Source of the DNA: Actinomycetes bacterium
Lineage (GTDB): Bacteria; Actinomycetota; Acidimicrobiia; Acidimicrobiales; Bog-793
Length of the DNA: 64,000 nucleotides
Direction: 5' to 3'
Assembly (NCBI GenBank): GCA_021797795.1
Contig: JAJZZB010000002.1
Span: 27,601-91,600 of the forward strand
Both the position numbers and the translations under genes were made by a program. Positions within the stretch are counted from its first letter, which is position 1. Each line of letters begins with the position of its first letter. Below are positions 37,444 through 47,051 of the stretch, piece after piece. The notes beneath the pieces are model-generated. The model searched no databases. It was given only the letters and a program-made list of their open reading frames with translations, and was not told where the DNA came from.

Positions 37444-38207
37444 GTCAGGTGGACGACCGAGTGAGCCCAGGCCGCGGTTCGCGGATCGAGGGTTGCCGAC
37501 ACATCGATGGGTGGCTGATTTGCACAGCGTCCAACATCGGATGCTGCGGCATCGCCAGTAAGTTCCTCAGGTTGTCGCCCCGTTCGCGAGCTGAGCGGCG
37601 AGGCACTGGACGAGCAGGTCGGCGAGCCTTCACCCGGGTCAACCGGGCGCACAAGGTATGGATCGTCTCGACGTTCCGGCGATCCGACCGTATCGTCGCC
37701 GTGACGGAGGATCGGGCGAACGACATCCAGGCCATCAGGCTCGGAGACCGCATCGCCTCTGGTCCGAGGGTGACCCATGCCGCAAAGGGGGCGGCCGACC
37801 TCGTCGTCATCGAGGACGACGTCGGCCTGCTTCATCGACACCATCGGCGAGGCCGGGCGATCCGGGCGTCGGTGGGCGACCCACTCGCAGTCCTGCTCGG
37901 CGGCGACCTCGGCGAGTGGCCGCCCCGACAGCGGCGGCCCTCGTCGTCGCCCACGTGCTCGGGCGCTGAGCCCGCAGGGCTCGCCAGGGTCTCAGCCGGC
38001 CGCCATCTCCGGTTGGTCGGCCCTCTCGTCACCGGCCACCGGTACCATCCGCGTTCGAACAGGAGGTTTCCATGGCGGTCGGCATCCTCGTGCCCCTCGG
38101 CGATGAGCGAGTGGCACGCCGAGCACCGGCGCGACCCCGTCGGACGCCGGGGGAGGGACTGAGTGGCTCCGGCGCGACCGGACGGAGGCTGACCGGGCGA
38201 CAGTGCC

Positions 38208-39005
38208 GTGGCTGATGACGGCAAATACCTGCTCGGCAACCTCGAGCCTGAAGCGGTTTCGCGCCTGCAGGCGCTCTCGAGCCTGTTCGACGCGGGGACC
38301 TTCGCCCACCTCGAGCGCCTCGGCATCGGCGAAGGATGGCGGTGCTGGGAGGCCGGCGCCGGCAGTGCCTCGGTGCCGAGCTATCTGGCGGCGCGCGTCG
38401 GGGACTCGGGGTACGTGCTTGCGACCGACCTCGAGCCGAACACGCTGCCGGGTGCCGCCGGCTTCGACATCCGGCACCACGAGCTCGGGAGCGATCCCGC
38501 CCCCGAGGGCGGCTTCGACCTCGTCCATGTCCGTCTCGTGCTCGTCCATGTCCGCAACCGCGACCGGGCGCTCTCGGATCTCGTCTCCTCGCTGCGCCCG
38601 GGCGGCTGGCTGCTCGTGGAGGAGGCGGATCCCTCGCTCCAGCCGCTCGTCTGTCCCGACGAGCGCGGCGACGAGGAGCGGCTCGCCAACCGGCTGAAGG
38701 ACGGTTTCCGGGAGCTCATGGCGGCCCGCGGCGTCGACCTCGCTTTCGGCCGGACGCTGCCGCGTCGCCTGCGCGAGGCCGGTCTCGAGGACGTGGAGGC
38801 CGACGCCTGGTTCCCGATCACCTCGCCCGCCTGCGAGGTGCTCGAGCTCGCCACACTGGCGCAGATCAGGCAGCGGCTGATCTCCGCCGGGCTTGCCACC
38901 GCCGAGGAGATCGACCGGCACGTCGACCACGTGCGAGAGGGCAGGCTCGATCTCGCCACCTCGCCGCTCGTGAGCGCCTGGGGCCGGCGAGGAGGAGTGG
39001 GCTAG
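38208..39005 (+). CDS. Class I SAM-dependent methyltransferase
   Basis: WEAGAGSAS motif I, VLATDLE, LRPGGWLLVEE. GTG start, 265 aa. Confidence 0.8.
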   Translation: MADDGKYLLGNLEPEAVSRLQALSSLFDAGTFAHLERLGIGEGWRCWEAGAGSASVPSYLAARVGDSGYVLATDLEPNTLPGAAGFDIRHHELGSDPAPEGGFDLVHVRLVLVHVRNRDRALSDLVSSLRPGGWLLVEEADPSLQPLVCPDERGDEERLANRLKDGFRELMAARGVDLAFGRTLPRRLREAGLEDVEADAWFPITSPACEVLELATLAQIRQRLISAGLATAEEIDRHVDHVREGRLDLATSPLVSAWGRRGGVG

Positions 39006-39578
39006 CTACCGCGAGGCGGCGAGGTCGGAGAAGGGCGGGAGCCCGGCGTCCTTTTCCGAGAGCCGGGTGCGGTCGAGGCGGTGCACGGCCACCGGCCAGG
39101 CGATGGCGAGCTCGGGGTCGAGTGGGTCGACCCCGACCCCCGGCATGTCGGGTCGCCACTCGGCGTCGAAACAGTACAGGTACTCACAGCCGCCTCCGCC
39201 GACCGCCTGGAAGCCGTTGAGCACGCCTCGGGGCACGAGCACCTGGACGCCGACCTCGAGGGCGACGGTCTCGACCACCCCGAAGGTAGGCGAGTCGCGC
39301 CGGGCGTCCACATAGGCACCGAAGGCGGCACCGGCGGCCACGCCGACGAGCTTGGTCGTCTCCTCGCCGTGCAGGCCGCGGATGGCACCCTCGAGGGAGC
39401 GAGTGAGGTTGATCTGCGCCCAGGGTCCCCCCGCCCCCTCGAGATCGCGCCCGTAGCGGCTCGCGCGGTAGAGCTCCCGCACCGTCCCCCTCTCGTCGGA
39501 GACCTGCCGGGTGGCGATGACGCTGAGACCGGCGATCGCGCCGGGCCGGGAGTGAAAGTCGCGCAGGCTCACGCCCAC
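39006..39578 (-). CDS. dTDP-4-dehydrorhamnose 3,5-epimerase-like cupin (RmlC family)
   Basis: SDERGTVRELY, IRGLHGE, VDARRDSPTFG, VLVPRGVLNGF, WRPDMPGVGVDPLDPELAIAWP. Its stop abuts the methyltransferase stop (CTAGCTA). No other rml genes are nearby. Confidence 0.8.
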   Translation of the reverse strand: MGVSLRDFHSRPGAIAGLSVIATRQVSDERGTVRELYRASRYGRDLEGAGGPWAQINLTRSLEGAIRGLHGEETTKLVGVAAGAAFGAYVDARRDSPTFGVVETVALEVGVQVLVPRGVLNGFQAVGGGGCEYLYCFDAEWRPDMPGVGVDPLDPELAIAWPVAVHRLDRTRLSEKDAGLPPFSDLAASR

Positions 39579-39760
39579 AACCTAGGCGCCATCCCGCTCT
39601 GCCCCCGTTTCGCGGGCTCGTGTCGACCCGGCCACGCCCTGCAGGGCGTGCGCGAGATCGGCGACCTGGGCGCCAGGCGCGAGACGGGGCCGCCGGGGCC
39701 GCTGCTCGCGGCCGGAGACCTCCGGACGACAGGATCGCACCGATGGCCTAGCTTGCGCTC

Positions 39761-40783
39761 GTGACGACGCACGCGACGGCCGTGAGCGAGGCGTGGGTAC
39801 GGGCGCTCCCGAAGGCCGAGGTCCACCTCCACCTCGAGGGGTGTGTCCCCTTCGAGGTGATCGCCGACGCGGCGGCCGCCTCGGGCCGCCCTCCGCCGGT
39901 ACCGGTCACCGACGGCGTCCCGGAGGTCGCCTCGCTCGGCGACCTCCTCTCGTATCTCGACTGGTCGTGCGCACTCGTGGCCGGGCCCGAGCAGCTCGAG
40001 CAGGCCGCCTACCGCATCTGCACCCGGGCGCGGGCGGCTGGCGCCGGGCACGTGGACGTCATCGTCAACCCGACCCACTGGCCACGCTGGCAGGGGCGGC
40101 TCGAAGCGATGCTCGACGCCCTCGACGCCGGCTTTCGGGCGGGCGAGGCGGACTACGGCGCCACCTCGGGCCTCTGTGTCAGCCTGAAGCGGAACCAGAG
40201 CCGCTCCGAGGCGCTCGAGGTGGTCGACCGTCTCCTCGAGCTCGCCCATCCCCGCGTCGTCGCTCTCTCCATCGACGGGAACGAGGCCGGCGGCCGGGAG
40301 TCCCACAACGACCGCTTCGCCCCGGCATTCGAGCGGGCAGCGGCCGCCGGGCTCCGGCGCTGCGCCCACGCCGGTGAGTCGAGCGGGGCGGGCGGGGTCC
40401 GCGAAGCGATCGAGCTGCTCGGCGCCGAGAGGATCGACCACGGCATCCGTTGCCTCGAGGATGCCTCGGTCACCGCCCTCGTTGCGAGCCGGGGGATACC
40501 CCTCGACGTCTGCCCGAGCTCGAACGTGGTGCTCGGTGTCGTCCCGGCGCTCGCCGCCCACCCCCTCCCCGAGCTGCTGGCCCGCGGGGTGCGCTGCTCG
40601 ATCAACACCGACGATCCCTTGCTCTACGGAGTCGATCTGGCCGGTGAGTACCACAGCACCGCCGCCGCTTTCGGCTGGGGGCACGTGCAGCTTGCCGAAA
40701 TGGCAAGAGTGTCCATCGAGTCCTCTTTCGCCGACGAGGACCGGCGCCGAGAACTATTGCGGCAGCTCGACGCGTTCACTTAG
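39761..40783 (+). CDS. add: Adenosine deaminase
   Basis: LPKAEVHLHLEG, CAHAGES, RIDHG, NTDDP, the canonical metal-ligand blocks. GTG start. Confidence 0.9.
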   Translation: MTTHATAVSEAWVRALPKAEVHLHLEGCVPFEVIADAAAASGRPPPVPVTDGVPEVASLGDLLSYLDWSCALVAGPEQLEQAAYRICTRARAAGAGHVDVIVNPTHWPRWQGRLEAMLDALDAGFRAGEADYGATSGLCVSLKRNQSRSEALEVVDRLLELAHPRVVALSIDGNEAGGRESHNDRFAPAFERAAAAGLRRCAHAGESSGAGGVREAIELLGAERIDHGIRCLEDASVTALVASRGIPLDVCPSSNVVLGVVPALAAHPLPELLARGVRCSINTDDPLLYGVDLAGEYHSTAAAFGWGHVQLAEMARVSIESSFADEDRRRELLRQLDAFT

Positions 40784-40939
40784 CATACGGCCAGCCGTTC
40801 TGGTGGGTCGGGGGGAACGGGCTGCTCGTACGAGGGTTCGGGATCACGGCGCTGGGGGAGCGACGAGCCGTTCGCACCTGCCGCCCGCGTCGACCGGACC
40901 GCCCGCGGCAGGACGCCCATCCGTACGAGAGGAGACATC

Positions 40940-42442
40940 GTGACGGTGACCGCCGACGACACTGGGACAGGGACAGGGACTGCCCTCCCGGTATCTGATG
41001 AGGCCTTCCACGTCGAACAGCATGGGATCGACCACATCCCCGAGAGGGAGCGCTGGGCGCGACCCCGGGACGTCGCGAGCATGTGGGCCGGTGCCAGCTT
41101 CAACATCGAGTACTTCGTCTACGGTGCCATCCTGCTCGGCTTCGGGTTCACGTTCTGGCAGGCCGTCAGCATCATCATCATCGGAAACCTCTCGTGGTTC
41201 CTCGTCGGGCTGTGCAGCCTGCAGGGGCCCCAGACCGGGACGACCGTGTTCGCCATCAACCGGGCGAGCTACGGGCCGAACGGCTCGCGGCTGATCGCCT
41301 TCTTCAACTGGATCACCCAGCTCGGCTTCGAGACCGAGGGCCTCATCCTCATCGTCGGGGCCGGGCTCGTCCTCTCCTCGAAGGCGGGCTTCCAGCCCGG
41401 CACCCCGGCCAAGGTGGTCTTCATCTTGCTCGCCGTCGCCGTCCAGATCGTCCTTCCGTTCCTCGGCCACGCCACGATGGTGAGAGTCCTGAAGGTGCTC
41501 ATCGTGCCCTTCGGGGTCATCTTCGGCGTGCTGCTCATCTACGGGCTGATCCACGGCCACACGACCGGCGCCGGTGCCTCCTATGACAACTGGCAGCTCT
41601 ACCTCGGCGGCCTCGCCTTCACGATCACCCTGTCGGGCCTCGGCTGGACCGAGTGCGGCAACGACTACAGCCGCTACCTGCCTCCGAACGCCTCCAAGGG
41701 TCAGACGATCGGCTGGCTCTTCCTCGCGACGGCGCTCCCCGAGATGCTGATGATGTCGATCGGCGCCCTCGCCTTCACCTTCGTCGGCTCGGACGCCATC
41801 TGGAACGGGGCCAACCCCTTCCAGGCCTTCACGGCGCAGCACTCGATCCCCGGCGTCTTCGTCGTGATCTTCCTCGTCTTCGCGCTCGTCCAGCTGTTCG
41901 CCATCAACTCGCTCGACCTGTACTCATCCGGCGTCACCCTGCAGGCGCTCGGCCTCCGGCTGAAGCGGTACCAGGCGGTCATCCTCGACAGCGTCATCTG
42001 CCTCGGGGTGACCTTCTGGGCCGTCTTCGACTCGCACTTCAGCACCTACCTGAAGGACTTCGTCGATGTCGTCATCGTCTGGATCGCACCCTGGTGTGCC
42101 ATCTTCCTCGTCGACTGGGCGATGCGGAAGTTCCACTACGTCCCGCGGGAGCTGCAGAAGACCGACCGGTCGAGCATCTACTGGGCGAACGGCGGCGTGA
42201 ACTGGGCCGCCATCGTCGCCCAGGTCGTCGGCATGTTCGCTGCCATCTCCGGGCTGTATGCCACCTTCCCCCTCCCGTCGTGGCTGAACGAGGTGGTCGT
42301 CCACAGCGGCGGGGCGGACTTCAGCGTCTACCTCGGGCTCGGGGTCGGGGGCATCCTCTACTTCCTGCTCGCTGGGCCGCTCGTGCGCCGGCAGCGGCGG
42401 GTCCAGGACGAGGCCCTGGCGGCAGCCAGCTCGATCCTGTAG
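40940..42442 (+). CDS. NCS1-family nucleobase (cytosine/purine/uracil/allantoin) permease
   Basis: 500 aa, 12-TM pattern. N-terminal IPERERWARPRDVASMWAGASFNIEY, typical of the CodB/NCS1 family. Confidence 0.85.
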   Translation: MTVTADDTGTGTGTALPVSDEAFHVEQHGIDHIPERERWARPRDVASMWAGASFNIEYFVYGAILLGFGFTFWQAVSIIIIGNLSWFLVGLCSLQGPQTGTTVFAINRASYGPNGSRLIAFFNWITQLGFETEGLILIVGAGLVLSSKAGFQPGTPAKVVFILLAVAVQIVLPFLGHATMVRVLKVLIVPFGVIFGVLLIYGLIHGHTTGAGASYDNWQLYLGGLAFTITLSGLGWTECGNDYSRYLPPNASKGQTIGWLFLATALPEMLMMSIGALAFTFVGSDAIWNGANPFQAFTAQHSIPGVFVVIFLVFALVQLFAINSLDLYSSGVTLQALGLRLKRYQAVILDSVICLGVTFWAVFDSHFSTYLKDFVDVVIVWIAPWCAIFLVDWAMRKFHYVPRELQKTDRSSIYWANGGVNWAAIVAQVVGMFAAISGLYATFPLPSWLNEVVVHSGGADFSVYLGLGVGGILYFLLAGPLVRRQRRVQDEALAAASSIL

Positions 42443-42466
42443 GAGGTGTCGGGGCGGGGGCTCGAC

Positions 42467-43081
42467 TCAGCCCTCGCCCCAGTCCTCCCTGAGCGTGCCG
42501 TCCGGCTCGTGGTGGAAGACCGGGATGGCGCCGAGGGTCCGGACCATGGCGGCGTCGTCTCCGAGGACGCTCCGCCAGCCGCTGCCTTCGGTGAGCAGCG
42601 CCCCGAAGACGACGGGCGTGCCCCCGACACGTCGGACGAGGTTGAGCGCGGCGCGGCTCGAACCGCCCGTCGAGATGACGTCGTCGACGATCCCGACCCG
42701 CCTGTCCTTGATCGCCTCGATCCTGCGGCGGTCGAACAGCAGGCGCTGGTCGGCGGCCGTCGTGATGGAGCGGACCGGCTCGGCGACGGCGTCGCTCAGG
42801 TGGATCTTCTGGGTCTTGTGCAAGATGGCGTAGTCGTCGAGCCCGAGTGCCCGCGTCACCTCTATGGCGAGTGGGATCCCCATCGTCGCCACGGATGCCA
42901 CGATCTCGACGTCGTAGGACCTCATCAGGTCGGCGAGCTCGGCGCCCGCCCGCTCGCTGAAAGCGATCCCGTGGTCCACCGAGATGAGCAGCGCGATGGA
43001 GAGGCCGGGTGCCACCTCGACGAGCGGCAGCTCGATCTCCTGTGAACCCACCCTGGTTCGGTAGCTACGCTCGTCGGCCAT
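42467..43081 (-). CDS. Type I phosphoribosyltransferase (purine/adenine PRT-like), specificity unknown
   Basis: ATG 43081. PRPP loop RVGIVDDVISTGGS. Real part of track ORF 42467..44470. Confidence 0.8.
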   Translation of the reverse strand: MADERSYRTRVGSQEIELPLVEVAPGLSIALLISVDHGIAFSERAGAELADLMRSYDVEIVASVATMGIPLAIEVTRALGLDDYAILHKTQKIHLSDAVAEPVRSITTAADQRLLFDRRRIEAIKDRRVGIVDDVISTGGSSRAALNLVRRVGGTPVVFGALLTEGSGWRSVLGDDAAMVRTLGAIPVFHHEPDGTLREDWGEG

Positions 43082-43108
43082 GGAGCTGACTTTGGCCGGA
43101 GGCGGTCG

Positions 43109-43603
43109 ATGAGCGCAAACGCAGCCCCGGCGGGAACGCCTCGTCAGCCCCCGCTCGAGGCCGGGCGGGCCCGGGCCTTCCTCGAGGTGGCCCTTGCCGA
43201 GGCCCGTGCCGGTATGGCCGAGGGCGGCATCCCCATCGGCGCCGCGCTGTTCACCCGCGACGGCGAGCTGCTCGGCCGGGGTCACAACCGCCGCGTGCAG
43301 GAAGATGATCCCTCGGTGCATGCCGAGACGGACGCCTTCCGGGCGGCGGGGCGCCGACGGGGCTACGGCGACACCGTCATGGTCACGACGCTCTCGCCGT
43401 GCTGGTACTGCAGCGGGCTCGTCCGCCAGTTCGGCATCGGGGCCGTCGTGATGGGGGAGTCGCGGACATTCTCGGGCGGGCACGGGTGGCTGGCCGAGCT
43501 CGGCGTCGAGGTGATCGACCTCGACGACGACGAGTGTGCCGGTCTGCTCGGTGCCTTCATCGCCGAGCGTCCCGAGCTGTGGTGGGAGGACATCGGCACC
43601 TGA
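43109..43603 (+). CDS. Zinc-dependent CDA-fold deaminase, yeast FCY1-type cytosine deaminase-like
   Basis: VHAETDA (HAE) and SPCWYCSG (PCxxC) zinc motifs. 164 aa. Confidence 0.8.
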   Translation: MSANAAPAGTPRQPPLEAGRARAFLEVALAEARAGMAEGGIPIGAALFTRDGELLGRGHNRRVQEDDPSVHAETDAFRAAGRRRGYGDTVMVTTLSPCWYCSGLVRQFGIGAVVMGESRTFSGGHGWLAELGVEVIDLDDDECAGLLGAFIAERPELWWEDIGT

Positions 43604-43614
43604 GGCCGGAAGGC

Positions 43615-44253
43615 TCAATCCGGTGGCCCGAAGAGCCGATCTCCCGCGTCCCCGAGTCCCGGAACGATGAAGCCACGGTGGTCGAGGTGCGGGTCGAGTG
43701 CGGCGCAGGCGACGAGGACGTCGGGATGGGCATCGTGGAACCTCCGCAGCCCCGGCTCCGACGCGATGAGGCAGAGTGCCGTCACGTTGCTCGCCCCGTG
43801 CGCCTTTACGAGGCTGCAGGACTGAGCGAGCGAGCCTCCGGTCGCGAGCATGGGATCGCATATGACCACCCGGCGGCCGGCGAGGCTGGCGGGCAGGCGG
43901 TTCAGGTAGACCTGCGCCTCGAGGGTCTCCTCGTTGCGCCGCAGACCGATGTGGGCGACCTCGGAGCGGGGCAGCAGCTCCTGGATGGCGGGCACCATGC
44001 CGAGCCCGGCCCGCAGCACAGGGACGAGGAGGACGTTCTCGGTGACCCGCTCGGACGGGACGGCGGATGCCACCGGAGTGTCGACGAGGGTGGTCTCGAG
44101 CGACAGGTCGCGCAGGGCCTCGTAGGCGATGAGCGCGGAGAGCTCGGAGACGACCTGGCGGAAGGCGGTCGGCGGGGTCGCCACGTCGCGGAGGCGCCCG
44201 AGGCGGTCGGCCACGACCGGGTGGTCGATGACGAGCAGCTTGTGATCGCTCAC
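43615..44253 (-). CDS. upp: Uracil phosphoribosyltransferase
   Basis: VIDHPVV...VPVLRAGLGM...VVICDPMLATGGS...IVPGLGDAGDRLFG. GTG 44253 overlaps the upstream stop (GTGA). 212 aa. Confidence 0.9.
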   Translation of the reverse strand: MSDHKLLVIDHPVVADRLGRLRDVATPPTAFRQVVSELSALIAYEALRDLSLETTLVDTPVASAVPSERVTENVLLVPVLRAGLGMVPAIQELLPRSEVAHIGLRRNEETLEAQVYLNRLPASLAGRRVVICDPMLATGGSLAQSCSLVKAHGASNVTALCLIASEPGLRRFHDAHPDVLVACAALDPHLDHRGFIVPGLGDAGDRLFGPPD

Positions 44254-44951
44254 CGTGCGCACCCGCTCCTCCTCCCGACGAGCTGCTCGGCCACCTCGCA
44301 CATGTCGGTGACGACGGCGACGCCCGGGAGCTGCAGCCGCTCGAGGGGGACGAGACCCCCGGCGTAGGCGATGGCCCGCATCCCGGCTGCCAGTGCCCCG
44401 GCGAGCCCGGCCGGGCTGTCCTCGACAACCACGCAGCGCTTCGCGTCGACCCCGAGCGAGCGGGCCGCATGGAGGAACAGGTCGGGGGCCGGCTTGCCCT
44501 TCTCGACCTCGGTCGCAGAGAAGACCCGGCCCTCGAAGCGCTCCCACAGGCCGGTGTGCCCGAGGGTGAAGCGGAGCTTGTCGCGGGTGCCGCTCGAGGC
44601 CACGGCCGTCTCGATCCCAGCCTCCTCGAGCGTCTCGAGGAGGCCCTCCACGCCGGGCACGGCGGTGAGCCCGCGCTCGAAGGCCGCCCGGTATCGCGGC
44701 TCGATCTCGGCGAGGAAGTCAGGGCCGAGCGCCCTGCCGACCTGTGCCTTCACCTGGGCGAGGTAGTCGGCGTCGCTGATGCCGAGGAACCGCTCGACGA
44801 CCTCCGCGGGCGTGACGTGCCACCCGAGCTCGGCCAGGATGTCGACCTCCACCTCGACGGCGATCCGCTCGGAGTCGACGAGCACACCGTCGCAGTCGAA
44901 CAGGACCAGCTGGGGTGTTGTCCGGGTACTCAGCTGAGCACCCTTGTGCAC
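44250..44951 (-). CDS. HAD-superfamily hydrolase (beta-phosphoglucomutase/phosphatase subfamily IA)
   Basis: LVLFDCDGVLVDSE (DxDG), ASSGTR, KGKPAPDLF, VVVEDSPAG. The GTG 44951 start is inferred and overlaps the upstream gene by 22 nt. Confidence 0.75.
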   Translation of the reverse strand: MHKGAQLSTRTTPQLVLFDCDGVLVDSERIAVEVEVDILAELGWHVTPAEVVERFLGISDADYLAQVKAQVGRALGPDFLAEIEPRYRAAFERGLTAVPGVEGLLETLEEAGIETAVASSGTRDKLRFTLGHTGLWERFEGRVFSATEVEKGKPAPDLFLHAARSLGVDAKRCVVVEDSPAGLAGALAAGMRAIAYAGGLVPLERLQLPGVAVVTDMCEVAEQLVGRRSGCAR

Positions 44952-46051
44952 AGGACCGGCGGCAGGTGGTCGACGAAGAGACGCCAGTTCTCGCCGCCAT
45001 CGGCTGAGGCATACAGCTGACCGGTGCGGGTGCCGAACACGAGCGGGTAGGGCGGCTCGCGACCGATATCGAAGGCATCGCGGAGCACGGTCACGTGGGC
45101 GTGCGAGGCCGGCAGCCCGCTGCCGAGCGGCTCCCAGCTCGCCCCGCCGTCGGTCGTGCGGTAGACGCGGCAGGCTCCGCCCGGCGAGCAACGGTACTCG
45201 TCCGACTCGAGCGGGAAGACGTACGCAGTCGCCGGCTCGACGGGATGGGCGACGATCGGGAAGCCGAAGTCGGAGACGACGCCGCGTTCCTCGCCCGGCC
45301 AGCCGACGTTCTCCCAGGTGTCGCCGGCGTCGACGGAACGGTAGATCCCCCAGTGGTTCTGGAGCCACAAGGCGTCGGGACCGGCGGCGTCGACGGCGAT
45401 CTTGTGGACACACTGGCCGAACTCGACCTCGGGGTTGGGGAGGTGGACGGCACGGATGCCCTTGTTCTTCGGCGCCCAGCTCGCCCCGCCGTCGTCGGAG
45501 CGGTAGACGCCGCCGGTCGAGATGCCGACGAGGATGCGGGCCGGACGGTCCCCGTGGGTCACGATCGTGTGCAGGCCGAGCCCGCCGCCCCCGGGCTGCC
45601 AGAGCGGCCGGTGGGGATGCGACCAGAGCGAGTCGGCCAGCTGGAAGGAGCCGCCGACGTCGGAGGACGTGAAGAGAGCGGCCGGCTCGACCCCGGCCAT
45701 GACGATCGGGTCGCCATCCGCGCTGCGGGCGTCGAAGTGCAGCTGCCAGATGCGGGCGACCGAGGCGCCTGCATCCTCGGGAAAGGCGACCGGGCGGGAG
45801 GCGGGCTCCGACCACGTCGTTCCGCCGTCGGTGCTGAGCGCCACCCACGGGCCGAAACGCGAGTCCGTGGTGGCCACCAGGTAGGTGGCACCCACCTGGA
45901 CGAAGGCCGGCACCTCACGCCCCTTGAACCACGGTCCGTCGGCCACGCCGTCGGAGATGAGAAAGAGGCCCTTGGTGGTCCCCACTGCCACCGCGAGGTG
46001 GTCGGTGGCCCTGGTCCGAAAGCCCGCCGATGGGCCAGATCGTGCCGACAT
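44930..46051 (-). CDS. BNR/Asp-box repeat beta-propeller protein (sialidase-like/Ycf48-like fold)
   Basis: Five SxDxGxxW boxes: STDGGTTW, SDDGGASW, SVDAGDTW, TTDGGASW, SADGGENW. Confidence 0.8.
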   Translation of the reverse strand: MSARSGPSAGFRTRATDHLAVAVGTTKGLFLISDGVADGPWFKGREVPAFVQVGATYLVATTDSRFGPWVALSTDGGTTWSEPASRPVAFPEDAGASVARIWQLHFDARSADGDPIVMAGVEPAALFTSSDVGGSFQLADSLWSHPHRPLWQPGGGGLGLHTIVTHGDRPARILVGISTGGVYRSDDGGASWAPKNKGIRAVHLPNPEVEFGQCVHKIAVDAAGPDALWLQNHWGIYRSVDAGDTWENVGWPGEERGVVSDFGFPIVAHPVEPATAYVFPLESDEYRCSPGGACRVYRTTDGGASWEPLGSGLPASHAHVTVLRDAFDIGREPPYPLVFGTRTGQLYASADGGENWRLFVDHLPPVLCTRVLS

Positions 46052-46065
46052 GGACGCAGTATTGC

Positions 46066-47004
46066 CTACCTGCCGGTGGCCTTCACGTTGGCGGCGCGCA
46101 CCTTGCTCGCCGGCTCTCGCCCGAGCCGCTCGGCGAGGCCGGCGGCGATCTCGACCAGAGCGTGGAGGTCGTAGCCGTTCTCGATCCCGAGAGCGCCGAG
46201 GAAGGAGACGAAATCCTCGGTCGAGAGGTTCCCCCCGGCACCCGCCGCGAAGGGCGAGCCGCCGAGCCCGGCGATGGAGGTGTCGAAGCGCGTGAGGCCG
46301 AGGGCGAGGGCGGCGTAGGCGTTCACGAGCGCCGTCCCCCTCGTCTCGTGCAGGTGGAGGCCCGGCTCGAGCCCGAGCCCGGCGGCGTCGAGTGCCCCGA
46401 CGACCCCGGCGAGCACCTCCGGCGTCGCCACCCCGGTCGTGTCGGCCAGGGTGACAGCTCCTGCTCCGAGGGCGACGAGGCGCCCGCAGAGCCGGGCGAC
46501 CTCGGGCGGGGGGATCTCGCCCTCGTAGGGCGAGCCGAACGCACAGGAGACGACGGCGTCCACCGCCACGCCCTGCTCGGCCGCCCGTGCGACGATCAGG
46601 CCGATCTCCTCGACCGATTCGTCGATCGTCCGCCTTACGTTCCGCTCGTTGTAGGCGGCGCTGGCGGCCACGGTGACCGTGAGCTCGTCAACGCCGCAGT
46701 CGAGGGCGAAGAGCGCTCCAGTCAGGTTCGGGACCAGGGCTGCTACGACCACTCCAGGCCGGCGTCCGCCGAGCGCCTCGAGCTGGCGGATGACCTCGGC
46801 CCCTCCCGCCATCGCCGGCACCGCACGCTCGGAGACGAAGCTCGCCGCCTCGATTCTCCGCGCCCCCGCCTCGACGAGCGAGGCCGCCAGCTCGGCCCGT
46901 ACCACAGGCGGCAGGGGAGCCTCGCCCTGCAGGCCGTCGCGCGGCCCCACCTCGCGCAGCGTCACCGCGCGGGGGAGGTCGGGGAGTAAGGGCCGTGCCA
47001 CCAA
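46066..47004 (-). CDS. Hydroxymethylglutaryl-CoA lyase
   Basis: LREVGPRDGLQ, IEAASFVS, GDTTG-like ADTTGVATP, HLHETRG, the DRE-TIM HMGL blocks. TTG or GTG start. Confidence 0.9.
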   Translation of the reverse strand: MVARPLLPDLPRAVTLREVGPRDGLQGEAPLPPVVRAELAASLVEAGARRIEAASFVSERAVPAMAGGAEVIRQLEALGGRRPGVVVAALVPNLTGALFALDCGVDELTVTVAASAAYNERNVRRTIDESVEEIGLIVARAAEQGVAVDAVVSCAFGSPYEGEIPPPEVARLCGRLVALGAGAVTLADTTGVATPEVLAGVVGALDAAGLGLEPGLHLHETRGTALVNAYAALALGLTRFDTSIAGLGGSPFAAGAGGNLSTEDFVSFLGALGIENGYDLHALVEIAAGLAERLGREPASKVRAANVKATGR

Positions 47005-47051
47005 GGCGAAGGCTACCCGGGCAGCCCGGCGCCGATCGCTAGCGTGGGCCC

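Noticed and set aside
35049-37844. 931-aa minus-strand ORF
   Set aside because: It is codon-aligned antisense to nrdJ. It stays open only because TTA, CTA and TCA codons are rare in the sense gene. The sequence is low-complexity.
43082-44470. Upstream part of track ORF 42467..44470 (667 aa)
   Set aside because: It runs antisense through the cytosine deaminase gene and out of frame through upp. Only the last 204 codons (PRTase) are protein-like.
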